From contig OZ244905.1 of assembly GCA_965221695.1 (NCBI GenBank), forward strand, positions 2,976,001-3,040,000: DNA of 64,000 nucleotides. The letters are read 5' to 3'. Under the pieces are notes generated by a model. It had not been told where the DNA came from. It did no database searches and was given only the letters and a program-made list of their open reading frames with translations. The position numbers and the translations under genes were made by a program. This stretch comes from Gammaproteobacteria bacterium (lineage in GTDB: Bacteria > Pseudomonadota > Gammaproteobacteria > Eutrophobiales > Eutrophobiaceae). Below are positions 47,063-58,000 of the stretch, one piece after another. Each line of letters starts with the position of its first letter. The first letter of the stretch is position 1.

Positions 47063-48082
47063 ATGGGAATACTTGTTACCGGTTGCGCCGGGTTTATCGG
47101 CGCGGCGTTGTCCAGGCGGTTGCTTGAGCGGGGGGATGACGTTATCGGGATCGATAACCTGAATGATTATTACGATCCCGGGTTGAAGCAGGACAGGCTG
47201 GGTTTACTGCAGGATTTTGACAACTTCCGTTTCAGGAAAGCGGATATCTCGGACACGGCGGGTATGGCAGACCTGTTTCGTGAGGTTGCGCCCGATCGGG
47301 TAGCGCACCTGGCCGCGCAAGCGGGGGTGCGTTATTCCATTACCCATCCACATAGTTATACCCGCGCCAATATCGAGGGTTTCCTGAACATACTCGAAGG
47401 TTGCCGAGCGGTGGGCGTGGAACACCTGGTGTATGCGTCGTCCAGTTCGGTGTACGGCGCAAGTGGGAAGTTGCCGTATGCGGAAGCGGATGAGGCGTCC
47501 CATCCGGTTTCTCTATACGGCGCGACCAAGCGCGCCAACGAATTGATGGCGCACAGTTACAGTTGTTTGTACAACATCCCTGTGACCGGTCTGCGTTATT
47601 TTACCGTCTACGGTCCCTGGGGAAGGCCGGACATGTCGCCCATGCTGTTCGCCGGGAAGCTCTACGCCGGCGAACCACTGCAGGTGTTCAACCGGGGGCA
47701 GCACCGCAGGGATTTTACTTATATCGACGATGTGGTGGAGGCGACGCTGAGAATAACAGATCGCCCCCCGGATAAGGATGAAGACTGGGATGCGACCCGG
47801 CCTGATCCGGCATCCGGGCCGGCAAGATACCGGATTTACAACATCGGCAACCAGCACGCGGTCAACCTGATGGATTTCATCAGGACTCTGGAGCTGGCGA
47901 CCGGCAGCAAAGCCGTGATCGAATACACCGGCGCGCAACCCGGTGATGTGCGGGATACGCTTTCGGACTCGTCGATGTTGCGGGAAGAATTTGATTTTGT
48001 CCCCGGTGTGTCCCTGGAACAGGGAATAATACGGTTTGTTGACTGGTATAAGCGTTATTACAACATTGATTGCAAGAGATAG
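47063..48082 (+). CDS. UDP-glucuronate 4-epimerase-like SDR
   Basis: TGCAGFIG, HLAAQAGVRYS, YGATK, YGPWGRPDM. Confidence 0.92.
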   Translation: MGILVTGCAGFIGAALSRRLLERGDDVIGIDNLNDYYDPGLKQDRLGLLQDFDNFRFRKADISDTAGMADLFREVAPDRVAHLAAQAGVRYSITHPHSYTRANIEGFLNILEGCRAVGVEHLVYASSSSVYGASGKLPYAEADEASHPVSLYGATKRANELMAHSYSCLYNIPVTGLRYFTVYGPWGRPDMSPMLFAGKLYAGEPLQVFNRGQHRRDFTYIDDVVEATLRITDRPPDKDEDWDATRPDPASGPARYRIYNIGNQHAVNLMDFIRTLELATGSKAVIEYTGAQPGDVRDTLSDSSMLREEFDFVPGVSLEQGIIRFVDWYKRYYNIDCKR

Positions 48083-48109
48083 GACTATGACATTCGAGGG
48101 CAAACTGTC

Positions 48110-49414
48110 GTGAACGTTGCTATGGTAGGCGCCGGCTATGTCGGGCTGGTTTCAGGGGCCTGTTTTGCGGAGTTCGGCGCTAATGTCTTATGTATTGATG
48201 TTGATACAGACAGGATTGCTCAGCTCAAACAGGGCGTCATTCCTATCTATGAACCCGGCTTGACGGAACTGATCAGTAAAAACACAGGGCAAGGCAAGTT
48301 GTCGTTCCACGAAAATTATGGGGAAGCGCTGGCGAACTGTGATTTGATATTTATCGCAGTCGGCACTCCAGCCCGGCGTGGCGACGGCCATGCAGATTTA
48401 AAGTACGTGTACCAGGCAGCGGAAAATATCGCCCCATACTTACGCGGCTACACAGTGGTAGTCGACAAGTCCACCGTCCCGGTGGGCACAGCCGGCAATG
48501 TAAAGCGTATTATTGCTGAAAAGAACCCAGCCGCCGAATTTGATGTGGCCTCCAATCCCGAATTTTTACGCGAAGGCGCGGCGTTGACTGACTTCATGCG
48601 CCCTGATCGGGTGGTCATCGGAGTGGAAACAAAGCGGGCCGAAGAGGCGCTGCGCGAGCTGTATCGCCCTCTTAATCTCATTGAGACGCCTATGCTGGTG
48701 ACCAACTTGGAATCTGCAGAGTTGATCAAGTATGCAGCCAATGCGTTTCTGGCTACGAAGATCAGTTTTATCAATGAAATCTCCGCGTTGTGCGAAGTGG
48801 TCAACGCGGATGTGCACGCGGTCGCCAAAGGCATAGGCCTGGACGGTCGCATAGGCAGAAAATTTCTGCATCCAGGCCCGGGTTATGGTGGCTCCTGTTT
48901 TCCCAAGGATACCCGGGCGCTGGTGAGGATAGCAGAGGAAAACAATGTGACCAGCCGCATCGTCGAGGCGGTGATGGAAGTGAACGACGCGCAGAAGGCG
49001 CGTATGATCGGTAAAATTCGCAATGCTCTGGGTGGCAACGAAAGCGGGAAGACCTTAGCGATACTGGGTCTGGCCTTCAAACCGGAAACCGACGATATGC
49101 GGGATGCGCCGGCGCTGTCCATTCTGCCCAAGCTGGTCGAGAATGGCGCCAGAATACAAGCGCATGACCCGCAGGCGATGGCTGAAGCAAAACCCCTGTT
49201 GCCGGAATCCGTGATATATTTTGATGATCCCTACGCCGCATTAGCCGGCGCGGATGCGGCCGTACTGATGACCGAATGGAATGCTTACCGTGGTATGGAC
49301 TTGGACAGGATAAAAAAAACCATGCAAGGAGATGTATTCATAGACCTGCGCAACGTTTATGAGCCTGAACAGATGCGCGCTGCCGGCTTAAACTATACTT
49401 GTGTCGGCCGTTAA
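48110..49414 (+). CDS. ugd: UDP-glucose 6-dehydrogenase
   Basis: GAGYVGL, KSTVPVG, SNPEFLREG, GYGGSCFPKD. Confidence 0.95.
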   Translation: MNVAMVGAGYVGLVSGACFAEFGANVLCIDVDTDRIAQLKQGVIPIYEPGLTELISKNTGQGKLSFHENYGEALANCDLIFIAVGTPARRGDGHADLKYVYQAAENIAPYLRGYTVVVDKSTVPVGTAGNVKRIIAEKNPAAEFDVASNPEFLREGAALTDFMRPDRVVIGVETKRAEEALRELYRPLNLIETPMLVTNLESAELIKYAANAFLATKISFINEISALCEVVNADVHAVAKGIGLDGRIGRKFLHPGPGYGGSCFPKDTRALVRIAEENNVTSRIVEAVMEVNDAQKARMIGKIRNALGGNESGKTLAILGLAFKPETDDMRDAPALSILPKLVENGARIQAHDPQAMAEAKPLLPESVIYFDDPYAALAGADAAVLMTEWNAYRGMDLDRIKKTMQGDVFIDLRNVYEPEQMRAAGLNYTCVGR

Positions 49415-49444
49415 GGAATCTCTGACTTAATCTCAGACGTTCCC
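49415..49444. mobile_element. collapsed MITE, family 2, exactly filling the gap between two convergent stop codons
   Basis: TTAA-GGAATCTCTGACTTAATCTCAGACGTTCCC-TTAG. Confidence 0.78.
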
Positions 49445-51076
49445 TTAGTAACACCCGTTTGTCATACAAATAAGCCCGTCTTGCAGACGATACTCTGCAT
49501 GCAGCTTGTAGCGACCATTATGGTGGCGTTCAAAAACGCCATTAATTGTGGCTGGCGGCTTAATCTGCGGAATTCCGATTGCATTGCGATTTGAATTGGA
49601 AAATGTCGTTTGGCCAAGCATGGCAAATCCAAACAAGCCAAGACCGCAAAGCAGCAGCCGCAATTGCGGTTTGCCGCGCGCAATGAGATCAGACACGAGA
49701 AAAATTCCGACAGACACTGTGGCTGCCACTGGTATTAGCCACTGAAGCCGCCAGGCCAGTGACCAGGCAATTTTGGCGACCAAGAAAACCACGATCGGAT
49801 TCAACGCAATCAAAGCTATTCCGGCGATTGTCGCGACAACCGCCTTCTGTTTATCGATGCAGCCGGCAAACAAGGGCAATATACATAAACTGGCAATACC
49901 TAAATAGCCGCGCAGTCCGTCGCCATACCTGAAATCCAGCGCTTCGCGCAGGGAATCAAATCTGGGGTTTTGGGCAACAGGAAAACTTCCCGTAGAGGCA
50001 ATGATGACAATTGCCAGCGCCAGCAATGAGATTATGCCGAGTAAAAAAGGCAGGTAGCGCGCGCGACTAAATGGTTCGCGGTAAATTACCCATGCTGTTA
50101 ATGCCAAACCCGAAAAATACAAGGGCAGCAAAACAAGCGCTGACTGGGTCAATCCGATACCGGAGATACAAGCTATTGCCAATCGAAATTTGCTGCCAGG
50201 CAAACGTCTCAGGACGCCAATGCTTGCGCCGATGAGGTAAGGGCAGAGCATTGCATGAAATATGGATTTGCCCTGGTACAATCGCACAAACGCGTCATTG
50301 CCCGGACTCTGATGTTTGCCGGCCCACACTATCAGGATCACAACGGTCATAAGCGTTAATATGCCCGCATAATTACAGTTTAACCGCTGGTACAGCAGGT
50401 AGTACGCAAGCACGGCCAACATAGCCGCCAAAGCAGGAACAATAAGGTAATACACTTGCAGGAAGTCAATCCCGGTCCAATATGAAACGACCGCTTCCAG
50501 GGCCGGATAGCTGACCAGCATCCTGGCCGTATCATACATCGGAAACAGATTCATAGCCTGCGCAGGCTGATTCAGGGGCAACAGCCCAAAAAACAGGTAG
50601 AAGGCGTCATCCGGGTCAGACCGATGTGAAACCAGCGTATAGACAACTGCGATAACCAAAGCGCCGCCAAGCATGAACGGTGACTTTTCCAGCGCTGAAT
50701 CGTCAGCGAATGACCAGGGTCGAGGCGCCTTCCGCAATATGAGCAGACATACTGCAACCAACAGCAGAACAAGGGTTAAAGCGCCGGATGTCGATAAGAC
50801 GAGTAAAACCAGCAATACGAAAACCGCCAGTGTTCCTATATCAAATTGGTTGCCGCTACGGCCGGCATCTGCTCCCACAGACGCGGATGTTGCAGGTCCG
50901 CGGCTGTTGAGCTTAACCAGGTAACCGGCTAGGAATGGTACCGCCAACATCAGCACAGCAAGAGTCTTGAACGAACCACCTAAAAAAAGAACGCCCCATA
51001 ACGTCAGGCTTGAGAGCGCAAAAAACGTTATAAAGAAATCAAGCAGATGCTCGTGGATGCGTATTGGGCTAGCCAT
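49445..51076 (-). CDS. polytopic membrane protein, DUF6077-like (possible GT-C/ligase)
   Basis: Many TM helices; RSDPDDAFY and FVRLYQGKS motifs. Confidence 0.6.
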   Translation of the reverse strand: MASPIRIHEHLLDFFITFFALSSLTLWGVLFLGGSFKTLAVLMLAVPFLAGYLVKLNSRGPATSASVGADAGRSGNQFDIGTLAVFVLLVLLVLSTSGALTLVLLLVAVCLLILRKAPRPWSFADDSALEKSPFMLGGALVIAVVYTLVSHRSDPDDAFYLFFGLLPLNQPAQAMNLFPMYDTARMLVSYPALEAVVSYWTGIDFLQVYYLIVPALAAMLAVLAYYLLYQRLNCNYAGILTLMTVVILIVWAGKHQSPGNDAFVRLYQGKSIFHAMLCPYLIGASIGVLRRLPGSKFRLAIACISGIGLTQSALVLLPLYFSGLALTAWVIYREPFSRARYLPFLLGIISLLALAIVIIASTGSFPVAQNPRFDSLREALDFRYGDGLRGYLGIASLCILPLFAGCIDKQKAVVATIAGIALIALNPIVVFLVAKIAWSLAWRLQWLIPVAATVSVGIFLVSDLIARGKPQLRLLLCGLGLFGFAMLGQTTFSNSNRNAIGIPQIKPPATINGVFERHHNGRYKLHAEYRLQDGLICMTNGCY

Positions 51077-51965
51077 CGGCGGAGCGATAAAGGCTATCCA
51101 GGACCGTCCCGGAAATATTTTCCGGGAAAGTCAAGCGGCGGGTCAGTTTATGCATGTTGGCAACGTTATTTTTTATCAGATCATCGGTGCGCTTTGTTGC
51201 CGGTTTCATGAGTCCCTCCCGGCGTAACAACTGGGGGCCGTCCGCGCTGATCTTGGGGGTGGCAGCCCAGAGTTGATGGAATTCACGATCCTCTTCAAGC
51301 AGCCTCCTGAAAAGGTAGTGAAACCAGAAATAGTTACCGTCCTCAGGATCATCAGACCATGCAACCAATAAATCATCTTCCCGGTAGCGTTGCGCCAGGT
51401 AACTCATACAAAGATAGCCAAGCAGCTTGAACAGCCGATTTTTTCCCCTGTTATCCAAGATCCACTTGAAACGGTGATGCGCTTGCGTTTTTGCCAGCAA
51501 CCTGCACACCGACGAGTGCCAGAGGTCAATGATACGAGATTGCTTCTTCGCTGCCAAAAACCAGCTACTGATGGGACGATCAGGACCGGGTTTATCATAA
51601 GCAAAAAAACCGCTGTTTCTGCATACGGCTTCTATCCAGTCGTCCAAGGGGCGCGCGCACCAGAGTGTTGCATCGGCCCATACTCCACCATACTTTTTCA
51701 GCAGGCATATTCTTATGATGTCCGAAAGAGCCGGAAGCGGCAAGCTCAAGGTTTCCAGGGTTTTCGGTAATTTAACTTTGTCGCCGATGGTTGTCGCGTC
51801 AAGCAAGTCGATATCCCAGGTAGGGTTGTGTTTCTGCCAGGCGCCAGCACAGTGTTTAACAATAGCCGGAGCGCTATCCCAACCTTGATGCCAGTACATA
51901 AACAGTACTTTAGGGATATTATTTGCAGGATCACGCTTTTTATATGACAAAATACTTTCAACCAA
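51069..51965 (-). CDS. capsular polysaccharide synthesis protein (DxD glycosyltransferase)
   Basis: MYWHQGWDSAP, SDIIRICLLKKYGGVWADAT, ISSWFLA, YFWFH; TTG start inferred. Confidence 0.85.
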   Translation of the reverse strand: MVESILSYKKRDPANNIPKVLFMYWHQGWDSAPAIVKHCAGAWQKHNPTWDIDLLDATTIGDKVKLPKTLETLSLPLPALSDIIRICLLKKYGGVWADATLWCARPLDDWIEAVCRNSGFFAYDKPGPDRPISSWFLAAKKQSRIIDLWHSSVCRLLAKTQAHHRFKWILDNRGKNRLFKLLGYLCMSYLAQRYREDDLLVAWSDDPEDGNYFWFHYLFRRLLEEDREFHQLWAATPKISADGPQLLRREGLMKPATKRTDDLIKNNVANMHKLTRRLTFPENISGTVLDSLYRSADG

Positions 51966-53052
51966 AGTTGCTTTGTTTGTCGGGCCAGTGATGAAAACGC
52001 CACAACGCAATCAGGTTCAGGCCAACGGCAAAGCAGATCATCCACCAAACGGGAATTAACTCTACTACCGCCAATAATGCCATCAGGACGACAGCAACGT
52101 TCACTAGCGCAATGAAGCCTGCGATGGCGTCGTGCTTCGCTCCCGCCTGCGCTGCAACCTGGTAGGCATGCCGGCGATGCGCGAGCCAGATTTTCTCCCC
52201 CCGAACCAGCCGCAAGAGCAGAGTGAATGTTGCATCAGTCCAATAATATAACGGCAGCGCCAGCGCGAGCCACCACAGACCGTCTACGCATGCAACCCAT
52301 ACCAGCAACCAGCCGAGCAGGTATCCAAGCGGAATACTCCCGGCGTCGCCTAAAAACAGTTGCGCGGGATGCCAGTTGAATACCAGAAATCCCGCGGCTG
52401 CGCCAGCCAGCACAGCAGCCAGAGACGCCCTCAACCAGTTGCTGTCGACCTCCGTGGACATAAGCAGTAAAGCAGCGGCAAGACCGCCTGCTATCGTGAT
52501 TGTCTCTACTCCTGTTATTCCATCGATACCATCCATGAAGTTGAAGAGGTTGATAAACCATAGCCAAGCAATACCGGTGATCAAACGATCGGCCCAGAAC
52601 GGGAATAGTCCTCCGAACAGTAATGCCGATTCGGGCAGGTAAGCCATGCCTATGATAACTGCGAGGATATGCGTTACAAAACGCATTAACAACGGTACTT
52701 TTGTTACGTCATCGATAAAACTGATTACAGCGAGGATAGCTGTGGCCGCAAGAATTACCTGCATCTCGCCAATGGAACCAGCAATGAATGCGAACAACAG
52801 CCAGCATGGCAGTATCACGCCGGTTACAGCTATGCCTGCGCCCGTCGGCAGCGGGCGACTATGGCTGGACCGGTTCCCGGGCCGATCCACGATATTATAT
52901 AAAACCAAAAATCTTAACGCCAAGCGTACCAGCGTCCAAGAGGTGAGCGCTGACAGCATCCCGGCGCCCAGGGTAATGATAATCGCATCCATTGTGGTCT
53001 CTCTTCCAACCTGATATGTTATCTGCGCTGTATCCGGAACAATGGTATTCAT
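51958..53052 (-). CDS. polyprenyl-phosphate N-acetylhexosamine-1-phosphate transferase (WbpL/WecA-like)
   Basis: RSSH..P.PTGAG, FIDD, NLFNFMDGIDG, FLGDAGS, AHRRHAYQ; true start may be ATG 52992. Confidence 0.9.
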   Translation of the reverse strand: MNTIVPDTAQITYQVGRETTMDAIIITLGAGMLSALTSWTLVRLALRFLVLYNIVDRPGNRSSHSRPLPTGAGIAVTGVILPCWLLFAFIAGSIGEMQVILAATAILAVISFIDDVTKVPLLMRFVTHILAVIIGMAYLPESALLFGGLFPFWADRLITGIAWLWFINLFNFMDGIDGITGVETITIAGGLAAALLLMSTEVDSNWLRASLAAVLAGAAAGFLVFNWHPAQLFLGDAGSIPLGYLLGWLLVWVACVDGLWWLALALPLYYWTDATFTLLLRLVRGEKIWLAHRRHAYQVAAQAGAKHDAIAGFIALVNVAVVLMALLAVVELIPVWWMICFAVGLNLIALWRFHHWPDKQSNFG

Positions 53053-53109
53053 CCTGATAGGTTCCTACGGTACAGGGATGTGCGCGCTCTGACAAGTCCA
53101 GATCCCCGG

Positions 53110-53278
53110 CGCCATTCACGTGGAAACGAGAATCCAGTTGCCAAAGAGTCGCCTTTCAGGCAACACAGTGTTTGACTGGATTCCCGCTGTAGTGGGAGTG
53201 GCACAGGGGAATGCTCTGGTTTGTGCCGGCAGCTACAAAATCATCGAGGTGAGCAGCGCCCTGATCATGAGGGTTTAG
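53110..53278 (+). repeat. REP/BIME-like repeat, family 1, copy D (degenerate)
   Basis: GAATCCAG..GAGTCGCC..TTTGACTGGATTCCCGC..GGGAGT; tail CTGATCATGAGGGTTTAG. Confidence 0.75.
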
Positions 53279-53333
53279 ATGTTCCATTAGCTCGCTGTTT
53301 CCGGAGAAAATAAGCCCGATAAATTCACAAGCG

Positions 53334-54221
53334 ATGTTTTATAATATGCCGATGTTGAGTTATCGAAGCCGGGAAAAAGTCCAAACCGCAATGCGCGGCG
53401 ATGAAACAGAGGAGATCTTCCGGAAACTGTTCGGTCAGCAGACCGTAAGCGCCTGTCTGGACATGGTCAGGGGCGCGGCCAGCTTTCATCTGTGGGGGTT
53501 GCTCGGCTGGCAGGATATCCGTCGCCGCTATCGGCGCTCCATTATCGGCCCGTTCTGGCTTACCATCAGCATGGGCATACTGGTGACGATACTAAGCCTG
53601 TTGTACAGCGCTCTATTGAAAGTCGAAATCGTAGACTATGCGCCATTTCTCGCTCTTGGTTTTATCATCTGGACCTTGATTGCCGGCTTTATCAACGAAG
53701 GCTGCGCGACCTTTACCAACGCCCAAAGCATCATCAAGCAAGTGGACCTGCCTCTTACGGTCCACGTTTATCGCGTGGTTTGGCGCAATCTCATTATTTT
53801 TTTTCATAATTTCACGATCTTTTTCGTTGTTGCCGTTATTTTTTCCATTTGGCCGAACTGGACGGCTTTGCTGGTCCTTCCAGGTCTTGCGCTCATCTGT
53901 CTGAACGGGGTATGGGTGGGGTTATTGTTCGGGCTTGTTTCGGCCCGTTTCCGCGATGTGCCGCCTATTATGGACAGCATCATAAGGATTGCCTTCTTTG
54001 TTACGCCGATTATTTGGATGCCTGAGTTGCTGCCCGGCCGCGCCGTATTGCTTGATTTTAACCCGTTCTTCCATTACGTGGAGTTGGTGCGGGCGCCACT
54101 GCTGGGGCAAGCGCCGGAGCCTGTTTCCTGGCTAGCGGTTTTGTGCATTACGCTCGGCGGCTGGCTTCTGACTTTTGTTCTGTTTCGCAATTACCAGCGC
54201 CGGTTGGCGTACTGGGTATGA
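53334..54221 (+). CDS. wzm: polysaccharide ABC exporter permease
   Basis: DIRRRYRRSIIGPFW, ARFRD, FFVTPIIW, NPF. Confidence 0.92.
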   Translation: MFYNMPMLSYRSREKVQTAMRGDETEEIFRKLFGQQTVSACLDMVRGAASFHLWGLLGWQDIRRRYRRSIIGPFWLTISMGILVTILSLLYSALLKVEIVDYAPFLALGFIIWTLIAGFINEGCATFTNAQSIIKQVDLPLTVHVYRVVWRNLIIFFHNFTIFFVVAVIFSIWPNWTALLVLPGLALICLNGVWVGLLFGLVSARFRDVPPIMDSIIRIAFFVTPIIWMPELLPGRAVLLDFNPFFHYVELVRAPLLGQAPEPVSWLAVLCITLGGWLLTFVLFRNYQRRLAYWV

Positions 54222-54225
54222 CAGC

Positions 54226-54972
54226 ATGGTGAGTCTTGAACTGGAAGCAGTCACGGTCGTTTTTCCGATCTACAATGCCAACACGCGTTCGCTGAAAAAC
54301 CGCTTGTTGCATCATGGCTCCGGCGGACATATCGGACGTGGCGCCGGCAATCGTCTGTGCGTGCGCGCGCTGGAGAATGTAAGCCTTTCCTTTGGGCATG
54401 GTGATAGGATTGGAATAATTGGTCGTAACGGCGCAGGCAAGACAACATTGTTGCGCGTCCTCGCCGGCGCCTATTCACCCACGCGCGGGTGGGTGCGGCG
54501 GCGCGGGCGGACTGCTTCATTATTGAATATTTCCCTGGGTATCGATCCCGAGGCGACGGGTTACGAGAACATCATGATACGTGGCTTATTTCTGGGGCTT
54601 ATGCCGGAAGAGGTACGATCGCGAATGGAGGAAATTGCCTCATTCACCGAACTCGGCGACTACCTGGCAATGCCGGTGCATACTTATTCCAGTGGCATGA
54701 GACTCCGGCTCGCCTTTGCCGTTTGCACCTGTTTCAATCCGGAAATACTGCTTATGGACGAGTGGCTCAGTGTGGGTGACCGCGCTTTCATTGAAAAAGC
54801 CAGCCGCAGACTCGAGAATTTTATGGGACGGGCCGGGATTCTGGCGCTCGCCTCACAAAACCTGGCGCTGTTAGAGCGTGTCTGCACCAAGGGAGTGTTG
54901 TTGGATTCCGGGAAAGTCAAGGCATACGGACCGATTCGGGACGTGTTGAAAGAATACAGGCAAGAGGGTTAG
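54226..54972 (+). CDS. wzt: polysaccharide ABC exporter ATPase without C-terminal CBM
   Basis: GRNGAGKT, YSSGM.LRL, LLMDE; ~248 aa from ATG 54226. Confidence 0.92.
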   Translation: MVSLELEAVTVVFPIYNANTRSLKNRLLHHGSGGHIGRGAGNRLCVRALENVSLSFGHGDRIGIIGRNGAGKTTLLRVLAGAYSPTRGWVRRRGRTASLLNISLGIDPEATGYENIMIRGLFLGLMPEEVRSRMEEIASFTELGDYLAMPVHTYSSGMRLRLAFAVCTCFNPEILLMDEWLSVGDRAFIEKASRRLENFMGRAGILALASQNLALLERVCTKGVLLDSGKVKAYGPIRDVLKEYRQEG

Positions 54973-55063
54973 CGCCGATTTAACGGGTTGTCCATTCACT
55001 TTCAGAGACGGGGAAAAAGATTACTCAGGAGTCGGTTATTTCGACTGCCACCATGGGATTGTT

Positions 55064-58000
55064 ATGAGCGCAACTGTTGCACAGGACTCGGATGAAAAAG
55101 CCTCCAGACCGACGCTTTTTGTGCTTGGGATGCATCGGTCAGGAACCAGCGCCCTTACCGGGGCGCTGCGACTGAGTGGCGCCTGGGTAGGTGAGGAAAC
55201 GGAGCTCACGGAAGCAAATGTTGAAAACCCACTCGGTTTTTGGGAAAGGCGGGATATGCGTAAGCTCTGCGATGAGTTGTTGCATTCGGCCGGAGCGGAC
55301 TGGTGGAAAATCGCAAATTTCGATGCGAAAGCCATTCCTGACAAGGTATTGGCAAAGCAGCGCCGGAAGTTTGAGAAGATTGTTTCCAGATTGGACAAAT
55401 ATGATGCCTGGGTGATAAAAGAGCCACGTCTCTGTCTGCTCCTGCCGGCCCTGCGATACCAGGTAAAGAAACCGGTTTGCCTGCATATCTATCGTAATCC
55501 TCTCGAAGTTGCGCGGTCTTTACAAGCTCGAAACGGCTTCAGTATCTCCGCCGGGCTGGCTCTCTGGGAAGTCTATAATCTCCATGCATTGAATGCATCC
55601 GAAGGCTTGCCGCGTATTTCGCTTTCTTACGAAGCGCTGATGTCGCAGCCGCTGGAAACACTGGATGCGCTAGTCAATGAACTTGAAAGATATGTTGCCA
55701 GCCATCAGATAAAGCCGAATAGAGAATTGGTTGAGCGATTTATCGACGTTAATCTTTATCACCAGAAAGCAACAGACGAAGAGACTGAAAAGTATCTGCT
55801 GCCGTCACAAAGCGCGCTCTGGTTGCGACTCCGTAACGGCGAGGCTTTTGATTATTACAGGAATGTTCCAGTTCCCGCAGCGGCCAAGCAATCCTTATTT
55901 GACCTGGAATCGGCAGAGACGTTATTCAACCATCGCAATAACAGGATAAATGAATTAGAAGCAGACCTTAAAAAACATGTCGCGATAGTGGATGACAGCA
56001 AAAAGCGGATCAGCGCGCTGGAGGCGTCGAACACCCGGCACAAGGCTAACCTACAAGAACGCAATATTTCGCTGCAAGCCAGCAAAAAGCAGATCGGCGC
56101 GCTGGAGGCATCCAACACCCGATACAAGGCCAACTTGCGAGCACGCAATATTTCGCTGCAAGCCAGCAAAAAGCGTGTCGGCGCGCTGGAGACAGCTAAC
56201 ACCCGGCTTACAGCCACTAACACCCAGCTTACAGCCAACCTGAAAGCTCGCGCTAAGACGATAGATGACCTCTATAATTCCACCAGTTGGAAAATAACTG
56301 CCCCGCTTCGTCAGTTATCCCTCGCCGCTAGGTGGCTTGTGAAAAACCTTCGCCGTCCGCCGCGGCAATTATTCTGGTCGATCATTAATCGGTTTTTACG
56401 CGCCGTGGAGATTGTCCGGTCGTGGCTTGCACAACCAGGAGTGAAAACCGTTGACCAGCAAAATAATGGACAGCTTGCGCTTACGACTCAATTGTCAAAA
56501 CTCATTCGTGAATGCCGGCAGGAGGCGCAGACCAGGGAAGAACGGGCTTCATCGGTCAGCCAGGAAAACTCTATCAGCGCTGGAGCCAAGACCAGGGTTA
56601 CGGTTATAGGCTGGGATTTAGGCCATAACCCGATAGGGCGCACGTATTTACTGGCCGATATTTTACGTAACGATTACGAGGTGGAGCTACTCGGCGCCAA
56701 CTTTCCGCGATTTGGCGAACAGGTCTGGGAGCCTCTACGTAATTGCAGCCGCGTCACGATTAAAAGTTTCCCGGGATGCAACTTTCCTGAGCACTTCGAA
56801 CAGATGGAAGAAGTTGCTCAACAAGTAGAAGGCGACATCATTTATGTATCGAAACCGAGATTGCCTGGCCTGGAGTTGGCGATACTTGCCAAGTTGCACA
56901 GGAACCGCCCGGTGATTCTGGATATTGATGACTATGAAGTCGGATTTTTCAAGAACCGTGGTCCAATAACGCTTAAACAGGCGAAAAATAAACGTCGTAG
57001 CGCGGACTTCATCACTCCACACGGCGAGACCTGGACCCGTTACGCCGAATCGCTTATCCCTTTGTTCGAACAGGTTACGGTCTCCAATGAAGTATTGCAG
57101 AAGAAATTTGGCGGGATGATCCTGCCGCATATTCGCGACGAACACGATTTTAATCCCTCCGTCTACCCGCGTGATACGCTGCGCGCGTCACTGGGTTTCA
57201 GTCGCACAGATAAAATTATCCTGTTCGCTGGCACTCCCCGCATCCACAAGGGTGTCCGGGCAGTGGTCGCCGCATTACAAACCCTGAATCGACCTGATTA
57301 TAAACTGCTGCTTATCGGTTCTCCGGCAGACAATGAAACTCGCCGTTTCTTCAAGAACGCGATGTCCGGACAAGTGAAAGTTCTCGGCAACATTCCATTT
57401 TCCGACTTGCCCGGTTATCTCTGTATAGGTGACCTCATTTGCCTGCTTCAGGATAGAGATCACATAACCTCTCATTTCCAGATGCCTGCCAAGTTCACCG
57501 ACGCGCTGTCGATGGGTATTCCGATACTGGCCACCAATGTTCCGCCGCTGGAGAATCTCGCAAAACAAGGGTTGGTCGAATTATTGAATGACGCGCCACT
57601 GGAGCAAAAAATCGATGAGATTTTCAGCGACTATGGAACTTACAAATATAAAGCAATGCAAAACCGCCAGGTGTTTTTGCGAGAGTACAGCTACGAGGCC
57701 AACCTGCCCAGGCTGAAAGATACGATCGACCGCTTATTGAGCGTCCGGCCTGAACCGATATCCGGCGCGTTCGACGAACTGATCAGCTACCATCGCAGAA
57801 TTTTCTCTACCGCAGTCGATGCGTCTCGTGCGCGCGCAAAGATTGTTGTGAGCAGGCAATCTACCTCTGAGTCAGAAATGACATTGACCACCTCCGCGGC
57901 GCAGACTATCAGTCAGCCTAGGGTGAAATCATATATCGATGACAAGATAGACATCGTGTTTTTTTGGAAACAGAACGACACCGGTATTTATGGGCGGCGT

